A DNA stretch of 64,000 nt from Patescibacteria group bacterium (GCA_022563395.1 JADFNM010000001.1:398342-462341), one strand, 5' to 3'; numbered from the stretch's first letter, positions 49,776 through 58,641 are shown. Notes: generated from the sequence alone by a model not told the origin. A program made the numbers and translations.

Positions 49776-52202
49776 TTAAGTACACCTACTAAACCCACAC
49801 ATCTTGCAGGAAATGCATCCTTCCTGCATTAAAAGTTGAGCTCCGCAATCCGGGCATCCTGGCATAAATCCAAAATCCGCCATTTCCATCTTTGCCGTAG
49901 AGTCTCCAGCAAAGGGCAGCACTTCTTGCTTTTCTGGGCGGGAGATAACTTCTTGAACTGTTCCTGTGGCTGTCACGTGCTGCTCTAAAATTTTACCCAA
50001 GGCGTCTGGCAAAGAAAGAATGGTTCCTTTGTCGGTGAATACGGGCATTGGTCCCCGAATACCTTTCAGGTGCTTCACAATCTCATCTGCTGCGACCCCC
50101 GCCCTCAAAGAAATGGAAATGAGTTTACAGATTGCTTCTGACTGTTCTTGAAAGAATCCTCCTGACTTGCCAATGGTGGCAAACACTTCAAAGGGTTTTC
50201 CCTTCTCGTCGTTATTCACGGTGACATAGAGATTACCATACCCTGTCTTGACGCGGTACGTGTTTCCCGACATGACCTCGGGTCTCTGCCTGAGCTTACC
50301 CTGTTCTGCACTAATACTCAGGGCTTTTGTACGATTTTCCAGCGCCTCGGTGGGAGCAATGATGTTGTCTCCTAAGCCCACGTTGAGAATCTGTATAACC
50401 CGGCTGCCGTCTCGATACACGGTACACGCCTTACATCCCATCTTCCAGGCCTGCACAAAAGTATCTGCAACTTCCTCTCTGGTTGCCTCGTTGGGAAAGT
50501 TTACGGTCTTTGAAATGGAGTTATCCACGTTACGCTGAAAAGCAGCCTGCATTCTCATGTGGTCCAAACCCGGAATATCCATTGCAACCACAAACGTATC
50601 TCTAAATGCTTTTGGTAAATCCTCCAAATGCTGAATAGTTCCCTTCTCAATGACTTCTTTTAAAATCTTGTCCTGTTCTTTTGCAGAAAACTTATAGCGC
50701 TCCAGAGCTTTCTTGAAATGCTGGTTGAAGTACTGGTACTGCTGGCCGTCCTTATCTTGTTTGATGTAGGCTAAGGCAAAGTTGGGCTCAATGCCAGAGG
50801 AAGCATCAAACATCATAGAGATGGAGCCCGTAGGAGCCACTGTGGTCAGGGCAACATTTCTCATCTTCTTTCCCATGCCCCACTTTTGGGCTGCAGCATG
50901 CTGAACCTTCTTTTTTCCAAAGATGGATTTCTTGTAGTTTGCGAATTTGCCCTTCTCCTTTGCCAGAACTTGGGACATAAGATACGCCTCTTTATTAACG
51001 AACCCCATCACCTTTTCTGCGGCGGCGAATCCCTGCTTTGAGTGGTACCTTATCCCCAATTGGTAGAGCATGTCTGCAAATCCCATAATACCCAAACCAA
51101 TCCTGCGGTTCTTTTGTGCAAGTTCAGTTACGTCCTTTACGGGAAAATCAAACTTGTCAATGACATTATCCATTAAACGCACTGCGGTCCTCGTTGCAAA
51201 GCGCAATCTCTTAAAATCTACCTTCTTTTGCTTCACAAAGGTTGCTAAGTTCAGGGACCCAAGGTTGCAGTTGTCATAAGCGTGCAGAAACTGCTCACCG
51301 CAGGGATTAGAGGCCTGAAGAGGGCCCATGTCAGGCAAGGGATTGGTGCGGTTGACGGTATCGATGAAAGCAATACCGGGTTCCCCGTTCAGCCAGGCGT
51401 GCTCCACCAGCAGGTCAAAGAGTTCTTTTGCGGTAATGTCTGTCTCTTCTGCCTTGAAGACCGAGCCGTTGGGGTGGCGAAACACCTTGTGAGGCTTTGT
51501 TTTCTTTCCCTTAAAGATACAGTACCATTGTTTGTCTGGGTTCTTTTCTAACTGTTCCATGAACTCGTCGGTCATGGTTACAGAAATGTTGAAGTTTCGA
51601 ATATCGCCTTCGGTTTCCTTGCAAGAAATGAAGTCTAGAACATCGGGGTGGTCTATTCGCATCATTGCCATGTTTGCCCCGTGTCGTCCTTGCTGCTTGA
51701 TGGTTCCAAAGGCAGCATCATACACCTTTAAGAAGGAAACAGGACCCGATGCCTTGCCGCGGGATTTCTTGGTGGGGAAGTCTGCCGGGCGCATTTCAGA
51801 CAAATCAAAACCAAGGCCAGAGCCTGCCTGCTGCAAGAGGGCGGCATCTTTCAAGGTTTGAAAGATGCTCTCCATAGAGTCATGGATGGGGAGCACAATG
51901 CAGTTTGCAATGAGGGGAGTTTCAGACCCTCCATTGGTGAGTGTTCGACCAGCCGGGGTGTATTCTTTGCTGGCCATGATGGAGAGAAAATCCTTTGCAA
52001 TCTTGTCGGTAAACTTTTCGTTTCTTCCGTACTTTTTTTCTTGCTGCGCCAAGTCGTTTGCCACCCGCAGAAACATGTCAGCTGGGGTTTCTTGCGTTCC
52101 ATCATCTCGCGGAATAAGGTATCGTTTCTTCATCATCTTTAAAGCATTCTCTGAGAATCGAGCGTTGATGACATTCTTTTCTTTCTTGGTGAGCTGCAGC
52201 AT
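49776..52202 (-). CDS. nrdJ: adenosylcobalamin-dependent ribonucleotide reductase, class II
   Basis: 808 aa with the SNPCGEQ active-site loop and the C-terminal zinc ribbon CPDCG..CISCKMCG typical of NrdJ. Confidence 0.9.
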   Translation of the reverse strand: MLQLTKKEKNVINARFSENALKMMKKRYLIPRDDGTQETPADMFLRVANDLAQQEKKYGRNEKFTDKIAKDFLSIMASKEYTPAGRTLTNGGSETPLIANCIVLPIHDSMESIFQTLKDAALLQQAGSGLGFDLSEMRPADFPTKKSRGKASGPVSFLKVYDAAFGTIKQQGRHGANMAMMRIDHPDVLDFISCKETEGDIRNFNISVTMTDEFMEQLEKNPDKQWYCIFKGKKTKPHKVFRHPNGSVFKAEETDITAKELFDLLVEHAWLNGEPGIAFIDTVNRTNPLPDMGPLQASNPCGEQFLHAYDNCNLGSLNLATFVKQKKVDFKRLRFATRTAVRLMDNVIDKFDFPVKDVTELAQKNRRIGLGIMGFADMLYQLGIRYHSKQGFAAAEKVMGFVNKEAYLMSQVLAKEKGKFANYKKSIFGKKKVQHAAAQKWGMGKKMRNVALTTVAPTGSISMMFDASSGIEPNFALAYIKQDKDGQQYQYFNQHFKKALERYKFSAKEQDKILKEVIEKGTIQHLEDLPKAFRDTFVVAMDIPGLDHMRMQAAFQRNVDNSISKTVNFPNEATREEVADTFVQAWKMGCKACTVYRDGSRVIQILNVGLGDNIIAPTEALENRTKALSISAEQGKLRQRPEVMSGNTYRVKTGYGNLYVTVNNDEKGKPFEVFATIGKSGGFFQEQSEAICKLISISLRAGVAADEIVKHLKGIRGPMPVFTDKGTILSLPDALGKILEQHVTATGTVQEVISRPEKQEVLPFAGDSTAKMEMADFGFMPGCPDCGAQLLMQEGCISCKMCGFSRCT

Positions 52203-52206
52203 AGAG

Positions 52207-52656
52207 TTATTTTTTTTCTAATTTTTTGATTTCCTTTTCAAAGGCCTTCGTGCTCTTAAAGTTTCGGTGCACAGAGACAAATCTTATGTAGGCAACCTTG
52301 TCTAATATTCTGAGGTGCGAAAGAACGATTTGCCCTATCTCTTCTGAACGAACAGTCTCTTTTTCCAAGTTAAAGATGTCGTTTTCAACCGCAGAAACCA
52401 GCTTCTGGAACTGTTCTTCTGACACCGGGCGCTTTTCCAAGGCCTTTCTCAATCCAAGCTCTAGCTTGTGACGCAAGTAGGGTTGTTTTTCCCCGCTTCG
52501 CTTTACCACCTGGAGCCCAAAAAGCTCGATGCGTTCGTACGTAGTAAAACGCCGGTTGCACTCCAGGCAAACCCGGCGACGCTTCACCGCTCTCCCATGG
52601 TCAGCTGATCTTGAATTGCTAACCTGAGTAGAGTTTTGACAGACAGGGCATTTCAT
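52207..52656 (-). CDS. nrdR: transcriptional repressor NrdR
   Basis: MKCPVCQNSTQVSNSR..CLECNRRFTTYERIE (zinc ribbon) plus an ATP-cone. Confidence 0.95.
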   Translation of the reverse strand: MKCPVCQNSTQVSNSRSADHGRAVKRRRVCLECNRRFTTYERIELFGLQVVKRSGEKQPYLRHKLELGLRKALEKRPVSEEQFQKLVSAVENDIFNLEKETVRSEEIGQIVLSHLRILDKVAYIRFVSVHRNFKSTKAFEKEIKKLEKK

Positions 52657-52662
52657 TCCCTA

Positions 52663-52691
52663 ATTAGTCAACATATTGTATAGAATGTCAA
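52663..52691 (-). promoter_or_regulatory. putative nrdR promoter TTGACA-17 nt-ACTAAT, -10 box 6 nt from the ATG
   Basis: The minus strand reads CCCTTGACATTCTATACAATATGTTGACTAATTAGGGAATG. Confidence 0.4.
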
Positions 52692-52823
52692 GGGTACTGT
52701 ACTATGAAATATTTAGCAGTGCACTTCACATTGTAAAAGGCCAGGGGGTTGGTGTCAAACTGCAGACTGTGGAGAAATGCAAAGACTCCATACCAGAGAT
52801 TGATTTTGCAGGGTTCTCAGGTC

Positions 52824-52852
52824 TTGACTTTCCCTCATTTCTGGTATATACT
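52824..52852 (+). promoter_or_regulatory. putative promoter TTGACT-17 nt-TATACT for the 3D-domain gene
   Basis: gtcTTGACTttccctcatttctggtaTATACT, 29 nt before ATG 52882. Confidence 0.5.
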
Positions 52853-52881
52853 TTTTGCATACCCCGTGAAGGGGGTTTTCT

Positions 52882-53367
52882 ATGAAACAAACAATTGCAA
52901 GAACAATTTTTGCCTCCCTTGCGGCATTTGGAATGGCTATTATCCCTATTTTTGGGGAAAAAATAGATAAGGGACCTATCTTTTTAGAAGAACCCCCGGC
53001 ATTGATGGGAGAACTATCTTTCTCGCAGGCAAACGCTCTCCTTCCTATCCCATCGCCTACTCCAGAAAAGGTGGTTAAAACAATTCGTGTGGTGGTAACC
53101 GCCTACTCTTCCACCCCAGAGCAAACCGATGATACCCCCTTTATCACAGCATCTGGAACCAAAGTGCGAGAAGGTATTGTGGCAGCAAACTTTTTGCCCA
53201 TTGGAACCAAGATTAAGCTTCCTGACATTTACGGAGACAAGATTTTTGTGGTGGAAGACCGCATGCACCCTAGGAAAAAATACATGGTAGACATTTGGTT
53301 TGCCAGCTTTCAAGAAGCAAAAGCATTTGGAGCAAAGCTCACCTACGTTGAAGTTTTAGAGGGGTGA
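52882..53367 (+). CDS. 3D-domain protein (MltA/RlpA-like double-psi barrel)
   Basis: N-terminal anchor, then VVVTAYSSTPEQTDDTPFITASGTKVREGIVAAN..IGTKIKLP..VVEDRM..VDIWF. Confidence 0.8.
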   Translation: MKQTIARTIFASLAAFGMAIIPIFGEKIDKGPIFLEEPPALMGELSFSQANALLPIPSPTPEKVVKTIRVVVTAYSSTPEQTDDTPFITASGTKVREGIVAANFLPIGTKIKLPDIYGDKIFVVEDRMHPRKKYMVDIWFASFQEAKAFGAKLTYVEVLEG

Positions 53368-53585
53368 AGTTTCAACTGCTTGAAACTTCACGGATTTGCG
53401 CGCCCCGAGTCCCCGAGGGGCAATAATGCAAATCCTGGTCCTGCTTTGGAAAACTGCTGAAAGCAAATCGTTTTTCAAAGCAGGTACCAAAAAAAACAAA
53501 AAATAGCTCAGACATGAAGCTGTTTTTTGTTAGTGCCCAGGGTGTACTATTAGACCTCCGAAGTCTAACACTCCTACGCCTTATT

Positions 53586-53777
53586 TATACTTGACTCAAA
53601 GCTTACCAACAAGGGCATTGTCCACCGTTGGGGCTTCCTGGCAGTCCCGGGTTGTAATCCAGCTTGAGGGAACCTTTTTGTGAACCCGCAAACCAGTCCC
53701 CTTCTTCAAGCTGTATGTACACGCAATACAACTGGCTTGAACAATTGGTAGTCAATGTATTCACGTTGTCTATCCAG
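53586..53777. repeat. 192-bp segment identical to 14153-14344
   Basis: See 14153-14344. It covers the last 58 codons plus stop of ORF 53603-55081 and 17 nt downstream. Confidence 0.9.
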
Positions 53778-55081
53778 GCATACGAACCTCCCCCTTGAGG
53801 ATCTGTGGGGACGGGATCTAAATACTTGCCATCACCTATACCATTGCAGGATGGAGGATTGGTACAGGGAATCTTTGAAGGAAGAGAGGATCCTGCAACC
53901 TGGGAATACATCTGATCATCCGAATAATCCAGCTCCATTGCAAGGGTAATTTGACGAATGTCAGCCTGACGCCTGGCATCGCGTGTCGTTTCTCTTGCCA
54001 AATTGAGACTCAAATCAGATTGGCTGCGTGCGTCGCGCGTCGTTTCTCCTGCCGAATTGAGACTCCAAAAAAGGGTTGAAAGAATTATGGCAAGGATAAT
54101 CAAAATTCCAAGAATTCCAAGAATTCCAAGAATTCCGATAATAATAAAAGTTGCCTTCTTTCTTCTGGTTGGCGTAAAAACAACCTCTCCTTTTACGGCT
54201 TTTAGATTGCTATACACTAAAAACGCATAAGTCATTGTCAATGGGGTCAAAAACAATCCAATAACAATACGACTAATTTCCTCCCCGAAAGGAATCTTCA
54301 GAAAGCTAAAAATAAGAATTGGAACTAAAGAAATTATAAAAGATATTACGCCGATAAAAAAGAAACGCCAAAATACACTACCCCATTTACCTTTTACATA
54401 CTCACGACTCTTTAATAGAGCGTTCATTCCTTTTAGGTCTTCTGCAATTAAAACAAACACTGCCAAACTAAACCAGACAGCAAAAATAATTCCGGGCACA
54501 ATCAAAAGAAAAAATCCACCAAGAGTAATAAATCCTACTAACAAAGAAACCCACCAGTAGGAAAATATTTTGTGCCATCCCCGCCGATACGACTCCATTA
54601 CTCCAATCCTCTCTTGACTATCTTTCACAGCATACAGTAACGCTATTTGCCCCCATACTTGGCTAATAAAAGTAATTACAAAAAATAAAATAGCCAAAAG
54701 AATAAGCAAGCCAATGCCACCAGCAGCAAATTTTGAAAAAAGTAGACTAGTACCCAAAAGTCCACCGCCGGCAGAAATAGCGAGGACCGCTATTGATACT
54801 AACATCGGAATTACCATCACACCCAAAAATGTGCCAAGCCTTTGTTTATATATAGTCCATGCTTGGCCAAAAATCGCTGTAGCACCCGGTAAAGAAGAAA
54901 TGGTTTGCGCTGGCGGCGGGGCTGGTTGCGATTGGTTAGTAGGATTTTCTATAAGAGAAAAAGCCTCATCAATATCTTGCATCTGCCAACCATTAGCCAT
55001 TAGAGAACTTTTAATTTGTTCTTTGTTCGCTCCTTGTTGTAGCTGTTGCTTGATATAATCAAGCAATTGTTGATTAATCAT
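53603..55081 (-). CDS. chimeric polytopic membrane protein with C-terminal type IV pilin head domain (no prepilin cleavage site)
   Basis: 492 aa. The order is an N-terminal helical domain (MINQQLLDYIKQQLQQGANKEQIKSSLMANGW), about 7 TMs, duplicated ETTRDAR(S/R)Q linkers, then a ~125-aa domain colinear with pilin 14170-14661. Confidence 0.8.
   Translation of the reverse strand: MINQQLLDYIKQQLQQGANKEQIKSSLMANGWQMQDIDEAFSLIENPTNQSQPAPPPAQTISSLPGATAIFGQAWTIYKQRLGTFLGVMVIPMLVSIAVLAISAGGGLLGTSLLFSKFAAGGIGLLILLAILFFVITFISQVWGQIALLYAVKDSQERIGVMESYRRGWHKIFSYWWVSLLVGFITLGGFFLLIVPGIIFAVWFSLAVFVLIAEDLKGMNALLKSREYVKGKWGSVFWRFFFIGVISFIISLVPILIFSFLKIPFGEEISRIVIGLFLTPLTMTYAFLVYSNLKAVKGEVVFTPTRRKKATFIIIGILGILGILGILIILAIILSTLFWSLNSAGETTRDARSQSDLSLNLARETTRDARRQADIRQITLAMELDYSDDQMYSQVAGSSLPSKIPCTNPPSCNGIGDGKYLDPVPTDPQGGGSYAWIDNVNTLTTNCSSQLYCVYIQLEEGDWFAGSQKGSLKLDYNPGLPGSPNGGQCPCW
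54104..54139. repeat. 9-bp tandem repeat AATTCCAAG x3 (+1 partial) encoding (GIL)n in the last TM helix
   Basis: aattccaag aattccaag aattccaag aattccgat. Any length change would stay in frame. Confidence 0.85.
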
Positions 55082-55261
55082 ATTTTCACTTAAAAAATTA
55101 GTTAATTATTTTTTTGACTCCACCATTACTTATAGCTTACCCTTACCGACACCTTTTGCAACAATCGTTTAGTTATCTTGTTAATACTTACCTTAAGAGC
55201 TTTCGCAATTTTCTTGAGTGTATCAAATGTTGGGCTCTGATTTTTACCAGCTTCAATTTAG

Positions 55262-55343
55262 TGCCGAGGGAGAGATTCGAACTCTCACGCCATTGCTGGC
55301 AGGGATTTTAAGTCCCCCGTGTATACCGTTCCACCACCCCGGC
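55262..55343 (-). tRNA. tRNA-Leu(TAA)
   Basis: Acceptor GCCGGGG/CCCTCGGC region, anticodon arm GGGGA-CTTAAAA-TCCCT, long variable arm. Confidence 0.9.
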
Positions 55344-55363
55344 AAACTTAATCTCGTTAAGTT
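55344..55363. repeat. AT palindrome AAACTTAATCTCGTTAAGTTT filling the whole 20-nt gap between two tRNAs
   Basis: It runs from the 5' end of tRNA-Leu to the CCA end of tRNA-Cys. Confidence 0.85.
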
Positions 55364-55438
55364 TGGAGGCACAGGCGAGAATCGAACCCGCTCATAGGAG
55401 TTTTGCAGACTCCTGGCTTCCCATTTGCCTACTGTGCC
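55364..55438 (-). tRNA. tRNA-Cys(GCA)
   Basis: Acceptor GGCACAG/CTGTGCC, anticodon arm GGAGT-CTGCAAA-ACTCC, CCA encoded. Confidence 0.9.
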
Positions 55439-55439
55439 A

Positions 55440-55781
55440 TTATTCTTCTTTCTTGATTTTATCTAAAATCTCATCAATCTCTTGTGCCTCTGCGGTCTTT
55501 TCTTCCAAGACCCACTCAATGCGGGGAACAGGGCGCATGTTGAGACGCTTGTTTAAAAGCTGCTGCATTGCATACACCTCCTTTTTAAGAAGCTGTAACA
55601 CCTCTTTTGCCTTTTCTTCTGGCATTACACTAATATATATCTTGGCCTGCTGCAAGTTGGGAGCTGTATCTACCCTGGTTAAGGTCACAAGGGTATTTTC
55701 TGGCACATCAAACTCACGAAGTAAGATTGTTCCCAGCTCTTGCTGCAAAAGCTCGTTGACCTGTGGGACGCGCTCGGTCAC
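55440..55781 (-). CDS. rbfA: ribosome-binding factor A
   Basis: 113 aa with RVPQVNELLQQELGTILLREF..VTLTRVDTAPNLQQAKIYISV. It is 4-nt coupled to infB. Confidence 0.9.
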   Translation of the reverse strand: MTERVPQVNELLQQELGTILLREFDVPENTLVTLTRVDTAPNLQQAKIYISVMPEEKAKEVLQLLKKEVYAMQQLLNKRLNMRPVPRIEWVLEEKTAEAQEIDEILDKIKKEE

Positions 55782-57307
55782 AAGGCAACTTGCTGTGTTT
55801 CTTGGATAAAGGATTTCAAGAAATCTCCCTCCTGGACGCGCTCTGACCCTTCATACATTAACCCACATTCTTCTCCAGTTTTGGCAGACCCCACATCCTT
55901 TTTGTTTTTCTGGAGATTCACAATTTTCCCTGTTCCAATAAAATCTTCTCCCCGAAACACCTCCACCTTACTGCCCTTTCGAATCTCGCCAGCCACAACC
56001 TTTCCTCCCAGAATCTGTCGATTCTTGTTGGTCAAAAACACTGCCAACACTTTTAAAGAACCGAGTTCTGTCTTTACCGATTCTGGCTCAATGCTCTTTT
56101 CCATTAAGGTGCGTACTCGCTGGATTAACTCGTAGATAACATCAAAAGTTTCAATCCTTACGTGTTCACGTTCAGCCAAATCAGCTGCCGTGCTTTGGAC
56201 TTTGGTACGAAAACCAATAATCCTTGCTTTGGTCCCAATTGCTGTTTTCACATCTTTCTCGGTAATCTCCCCGACCCTGGCATCCACAAAGCGCAAGGCA
56301 ACCTTTTCTTGTGGGATTAAAAAGAGGGCCTGCTCCAATACTTCCAGAGAACCTACCACATCGGTCTTCAAGATAACGTCTAGGGTGGGAAGGCCAGCTT
56401 TAAGCTCGCGGGGTGGCCGAGTCTGACTCGGTTGTGGCAAAGAAATGTTGGCTGGCGCAAGAAATGCCTTCGCTTCTTCTGCGCTGTCAAATACCTTAAA
56501 CTCCTCTCCCACCCGGGGAGGACTTTCAAACCCAATGACAAGGCAGGGAAAGGAGGGGGGGACCTTGTCCATTGCCTTGCCCTGGAAATCTTCTACAATG
56601 CGCGCCTTGCCAAAAGAAGATCTGGTGCCCACAAAAGATCCTGGGGTCAAAGTTCCTTCTTTCACCAACAGGGTTGCTGCTGGTCCTCGTCTTGAATCCA
56701 GATAGGATTCAATAACAATGCCTTGTGCTGGTTTTCCTGCGTTGGCCTTTAAATCCTCAATATCTGCCACTAAAAGAATGGTTTCTAAAAGCTCTTGTAT
56801 ACCTTGTTTCAAAACCGCAGAAGTTGCAACCTCTGGCACCTTTCCTCCGTATGACTCCACCACAATGCCCTCTGAGGAAAGCTGCTGCTTTACCTTCTCC
56901 AAGTTGATTTCCGGCTTGTCTATTTTATTGAAAGCAACCACCACGGGGATTCCAGCTTTCTTTGCCTGCTCAATTGCTTCTTTGGTCTGGGGTTTTACTC
57001 CCTCGTCTGCTGCCACCACCAAAACTGCAAGATCTGCTACCTTAGCTCCCCGGGACCTAACTGCAGAAAAGACCTCATGGCCCGGGGTATCAATAAAGGT
57101 AATAGGCCTGCCTTCAAACTCTGCAACGTAGGCCCCGATATGTTGCGTGATGCCTCCAGACTCTTTTGCAATAATCTTGAAATCCTCTCGAATTGCTTCC
57201 AATAAAGAGGATTTACCGTGATCAACATGACCCAGTATTACGACAACCGGGGGGCGTATAACCATAGTTGTATCATTATTCAAATGTGTGATGTTTGGTG
57301 TCGCCAT
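55778..57307 (-). CDS. infB: translation initiation factor IF-2 (short N-terminus)
   Basis: 509 aa with the G domain VVVILGHVDHGKSSLLEAIR, DTPGH and NKID, followed by domains II-IV. Confidence 0.95.
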   Translation of the reverse strand: MATPNITHLNNDTTMVIRPPVVVILGHVDHGKSSLLEAIREDFKIIAKESGGITQHIGAYVAEFEGRPITFIDTPGHEVFSAVRSRGAKVADLAVLVVAADEGVKPQTKEAIEQAKKAGIPVVVAFNKIDKPEINLEKVKQQLSSEGIVVESYGGKVPEVATSAVLKQGIQELLETILLVADIEDLKANAGKPAQGIVIESYLDSRRGPAATLLVKEGTLTPGSFVGTRSSFGKARIVEDFQGKAMDKVPPSFPCLVIGFESPPRVGEEFKVFDSAEEAKAFLAPANISLPQPSQTRPPRELKAGLPTLDVILKTDVVGSLEVLEQALFLIPQEKVALRFVDARVGEITEKDVKTAIGTKARIIGFRTKVQSTAADLAEREHVRIETFDVIYELIQRVRTLMEKSIEPESVKTELGSLKVLAVFLTNKNRQILGGKVVAGEIRKGSKVEVFRGEDFIGTGKIVNLQKNKKDVGSAKTGEECGLMYEGSERVQEGDFLKSFIQETQQVAL

Positions 57308-57363
57308 GTTACTTGTATCTAGTATGAAAAACTTGAAATATACAAAATACTATATACTCACTA

Positions 57364-57720
57364 CTAGCTTCGTGCCTTCTTGATTGCCTCCTCTTCCTCC
57401 ATAGACAAGGAATGTTCGGACTTTCCCTCTTTGATTGGCTTGGCATATATTCTTTGTATATCCTTTCCGTAATGGGAGGTAATAACAACTCCTGAATCTT
57501 TACTGTCTAGTAAGGCTATGGAAAAACTCTGGTCTCCTCCTATCTCGCCAAAGGGATTAAACCTCACCATACCAACCTTAGTGACTGCTTTCTCGTGGGC
57601 CTTTTGTAAAAGAGCAAGCTCTTTTGCGGTTTTTTCCAAGCGTTCTTCCAAGGACTTTACCTCTTTTACTAATTCCTTTGTAGTGGTTGCCTGCTTTTTC
57701 TTTTTTCCAAAGTTGAACAT
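57364..57720 (-). CDS. DUF4446-like protein (family from memory)
   Basis: Coiled coil followed by VGMVRFNPFGEIGGDQSFSIALLDSKDSGVVITS. The start is trimmed to MFNFGKKKK (57720) because the upstream codons lie in the GC-rich repeat. Confidence 0.65.
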   Translation of the reverse strand: MFNFGKKKKQATTTKELVKEVKSLEERLEKTAKELALLQKAHEKAVTKVGMVRFNPFGEIGGDQSFSIALLDSKDSGVVITSHYGKDIQRIYAKPIKEGKSEHSLSMEEEEAIKKARS

Positions 57721-57731
57721 ATATTCTCGAC

Positions 57732-57790
57732 CCACCTTCGCGGTCTGGCGGACTTTGTCCGCCAAAGCTCGCTACGGCGGGCGAAGGCGG
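57732..57790. repeat. GC-rich hairpin element abutting the 3' end of tRNA-Ser(CGA)
   Basis: CCACCTTCGC..GGCGGAC-ttt-GTCCGCC-AAAGCT..CTACGGCGGGCGAAGGCGG. The words are shared with 48302-48401 and with the valS inserts. Confidence 0.7.
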
Positions 57791-57870
57791 AGGGTGCAGG
57801 ATTCGAACCTGCAAGGGATTGCTCCCAATGGTTTTCGGGACCATCGCAATAGCCGTTCTGCCAACCCTCC
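57788..57870 (-). tRNA. tRNA-Ser(CGA) (putative; C at position 33)
   Basis: Acceptor GGAGGGT/ACCCTCC, anticodon arm ATGGT-CCCGAAA-ACCAT, long variable arm, T-loop TTCGAAT. Confidence 0.75.
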
Positions 57871-57875
57871 TTTTG

Positions 57876-57948
57876 TGGACCGTACCGGGCTCGAACCGGT
57901 GACCTCCTCGATGCCATCGAGGCACGCTACCAACTGCGCCAACGGCCC
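57876..57948 (-). tRNA. tRNA-Ala(GGC)
   Basis: G3:U70 in the acceptor (GGGCCGT/ACGGTCC). Anticodon arm CCTCG-ATGGCAT-CGAGG. Confidence 0.9.
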
Positions 57949-57961
57949 ATACTCTTTTGTG

Positions 57962-58033
57962 TGCCCCCGGGAGGAATCGAACCTCCATCGGCTCGTTAGG
58001 AGTGAGCTACTCTATCCGTTGAGCTACGGGGGC
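57962..58033 (-). tRNA. tRNA-Arg(CCT)
   Basis: Acceptor GCCCCCG/CGGGGGC, anticodon loop CTCCTAA, T arm GGAGG-TTCGATT-CCTCC. Confidence 0.85.
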
Positions 58034-58238
58034 CAAAAGCAGCAATAATGCAAATCCCGAGCCTACCTTAATTTTACCCTTAAAATATAGCACAAAATGC
58101 TCTCTTTTACAACCTTTGCTCTCCTGTGCAAAACCTCAGTTGACAGAGTTTTTAGGGCAGATAATAATGATATTTATAATAAAGAAAAGGTCGGAAAAGA
58201 ACACTTTTCTTGTCTTAAAATTCATTTCTACACAAAGT

Positions 58239-58415
58239 ATGTTAATAGACCAAAAACTCAACAATCAATTCCCTTCGTTTGAAGATAACGAAAACACGGA
58301 GATCCCCTTGGAAGAACCGGGGAGCGGTTCTTTTGAAGATGTAGATGACGAGGAAGAGGATGACGATGACGATGACGATGACGACGTAGAAGACGACTCG
58401 GAAAAAAAGGAGTAA
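58239..58415 (+). CDS. small hyper-acidic protein (hypothetical)
   Basis: From the internal ATG: MLIDQKLNNQFPSFEDNENTEIPLEEPGSGSFEDVDDEEEDDDDDDDDDVEDDSEKKE (58 aa). Confidence 0.35.
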   Translation: MLIDQKLNNQFPSFEDNENTEIPLEEPGSGSFEDVDDEEEDDDDDDDDDVEDDSEKKE

Positions 58416-58641
58416 AAAAAACGGTTCTGCAATCCTTTCAAGAGAATATTGGTTTCATGGTCTTGTTCAATGAGCTAACCTTTTGTATCAACCACCTTTT
58501 GCAAGGTTGTAATCATATCATTTTTCGCAGAGAGCAAATCTGAGGATTCTTCCTTCTCTTCGTGGTCATGCTCTCATGGAAGTTCCTTTTTGGAGGAGCT
58601 TCCTTTTTCTTATTATATCTGCCTAAAAACACATAAAAGTC

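Noticed and set aside
52657-52760. NrdR boxes upstream of nrdR-nrdJ.
   Set aside because: Candidate words (ACAATATGT and CACTATGAAATATTTAGCAGTG) do not match the 16-bp acaCwAtATaTwGtgt palindrome in either length or symmetry.
53368-53602. A known housekeeping ncRNA (SRP RNA, RNase P RNA, 6S or tmRNA) in the hairpin-rich 235-bp spacer.
   Set aside because: None of the diagnostic motifs I know were seen: the SRP GGAA/AGCA symmetric loop context, the RNase P GAGGAAAGUCC, or a tmRNA tag ORF with a tRNA-like end. It is left unannotated.
57518-58048. ORFs of 176, 136 and 82 aa covering the tRNA-Ser/Ala/Arg cluster.
   Set aside because: They overlap three tRNA genes. The Arg/Pro/Gly-rich translations are typical of tRNA-derived artefacts.
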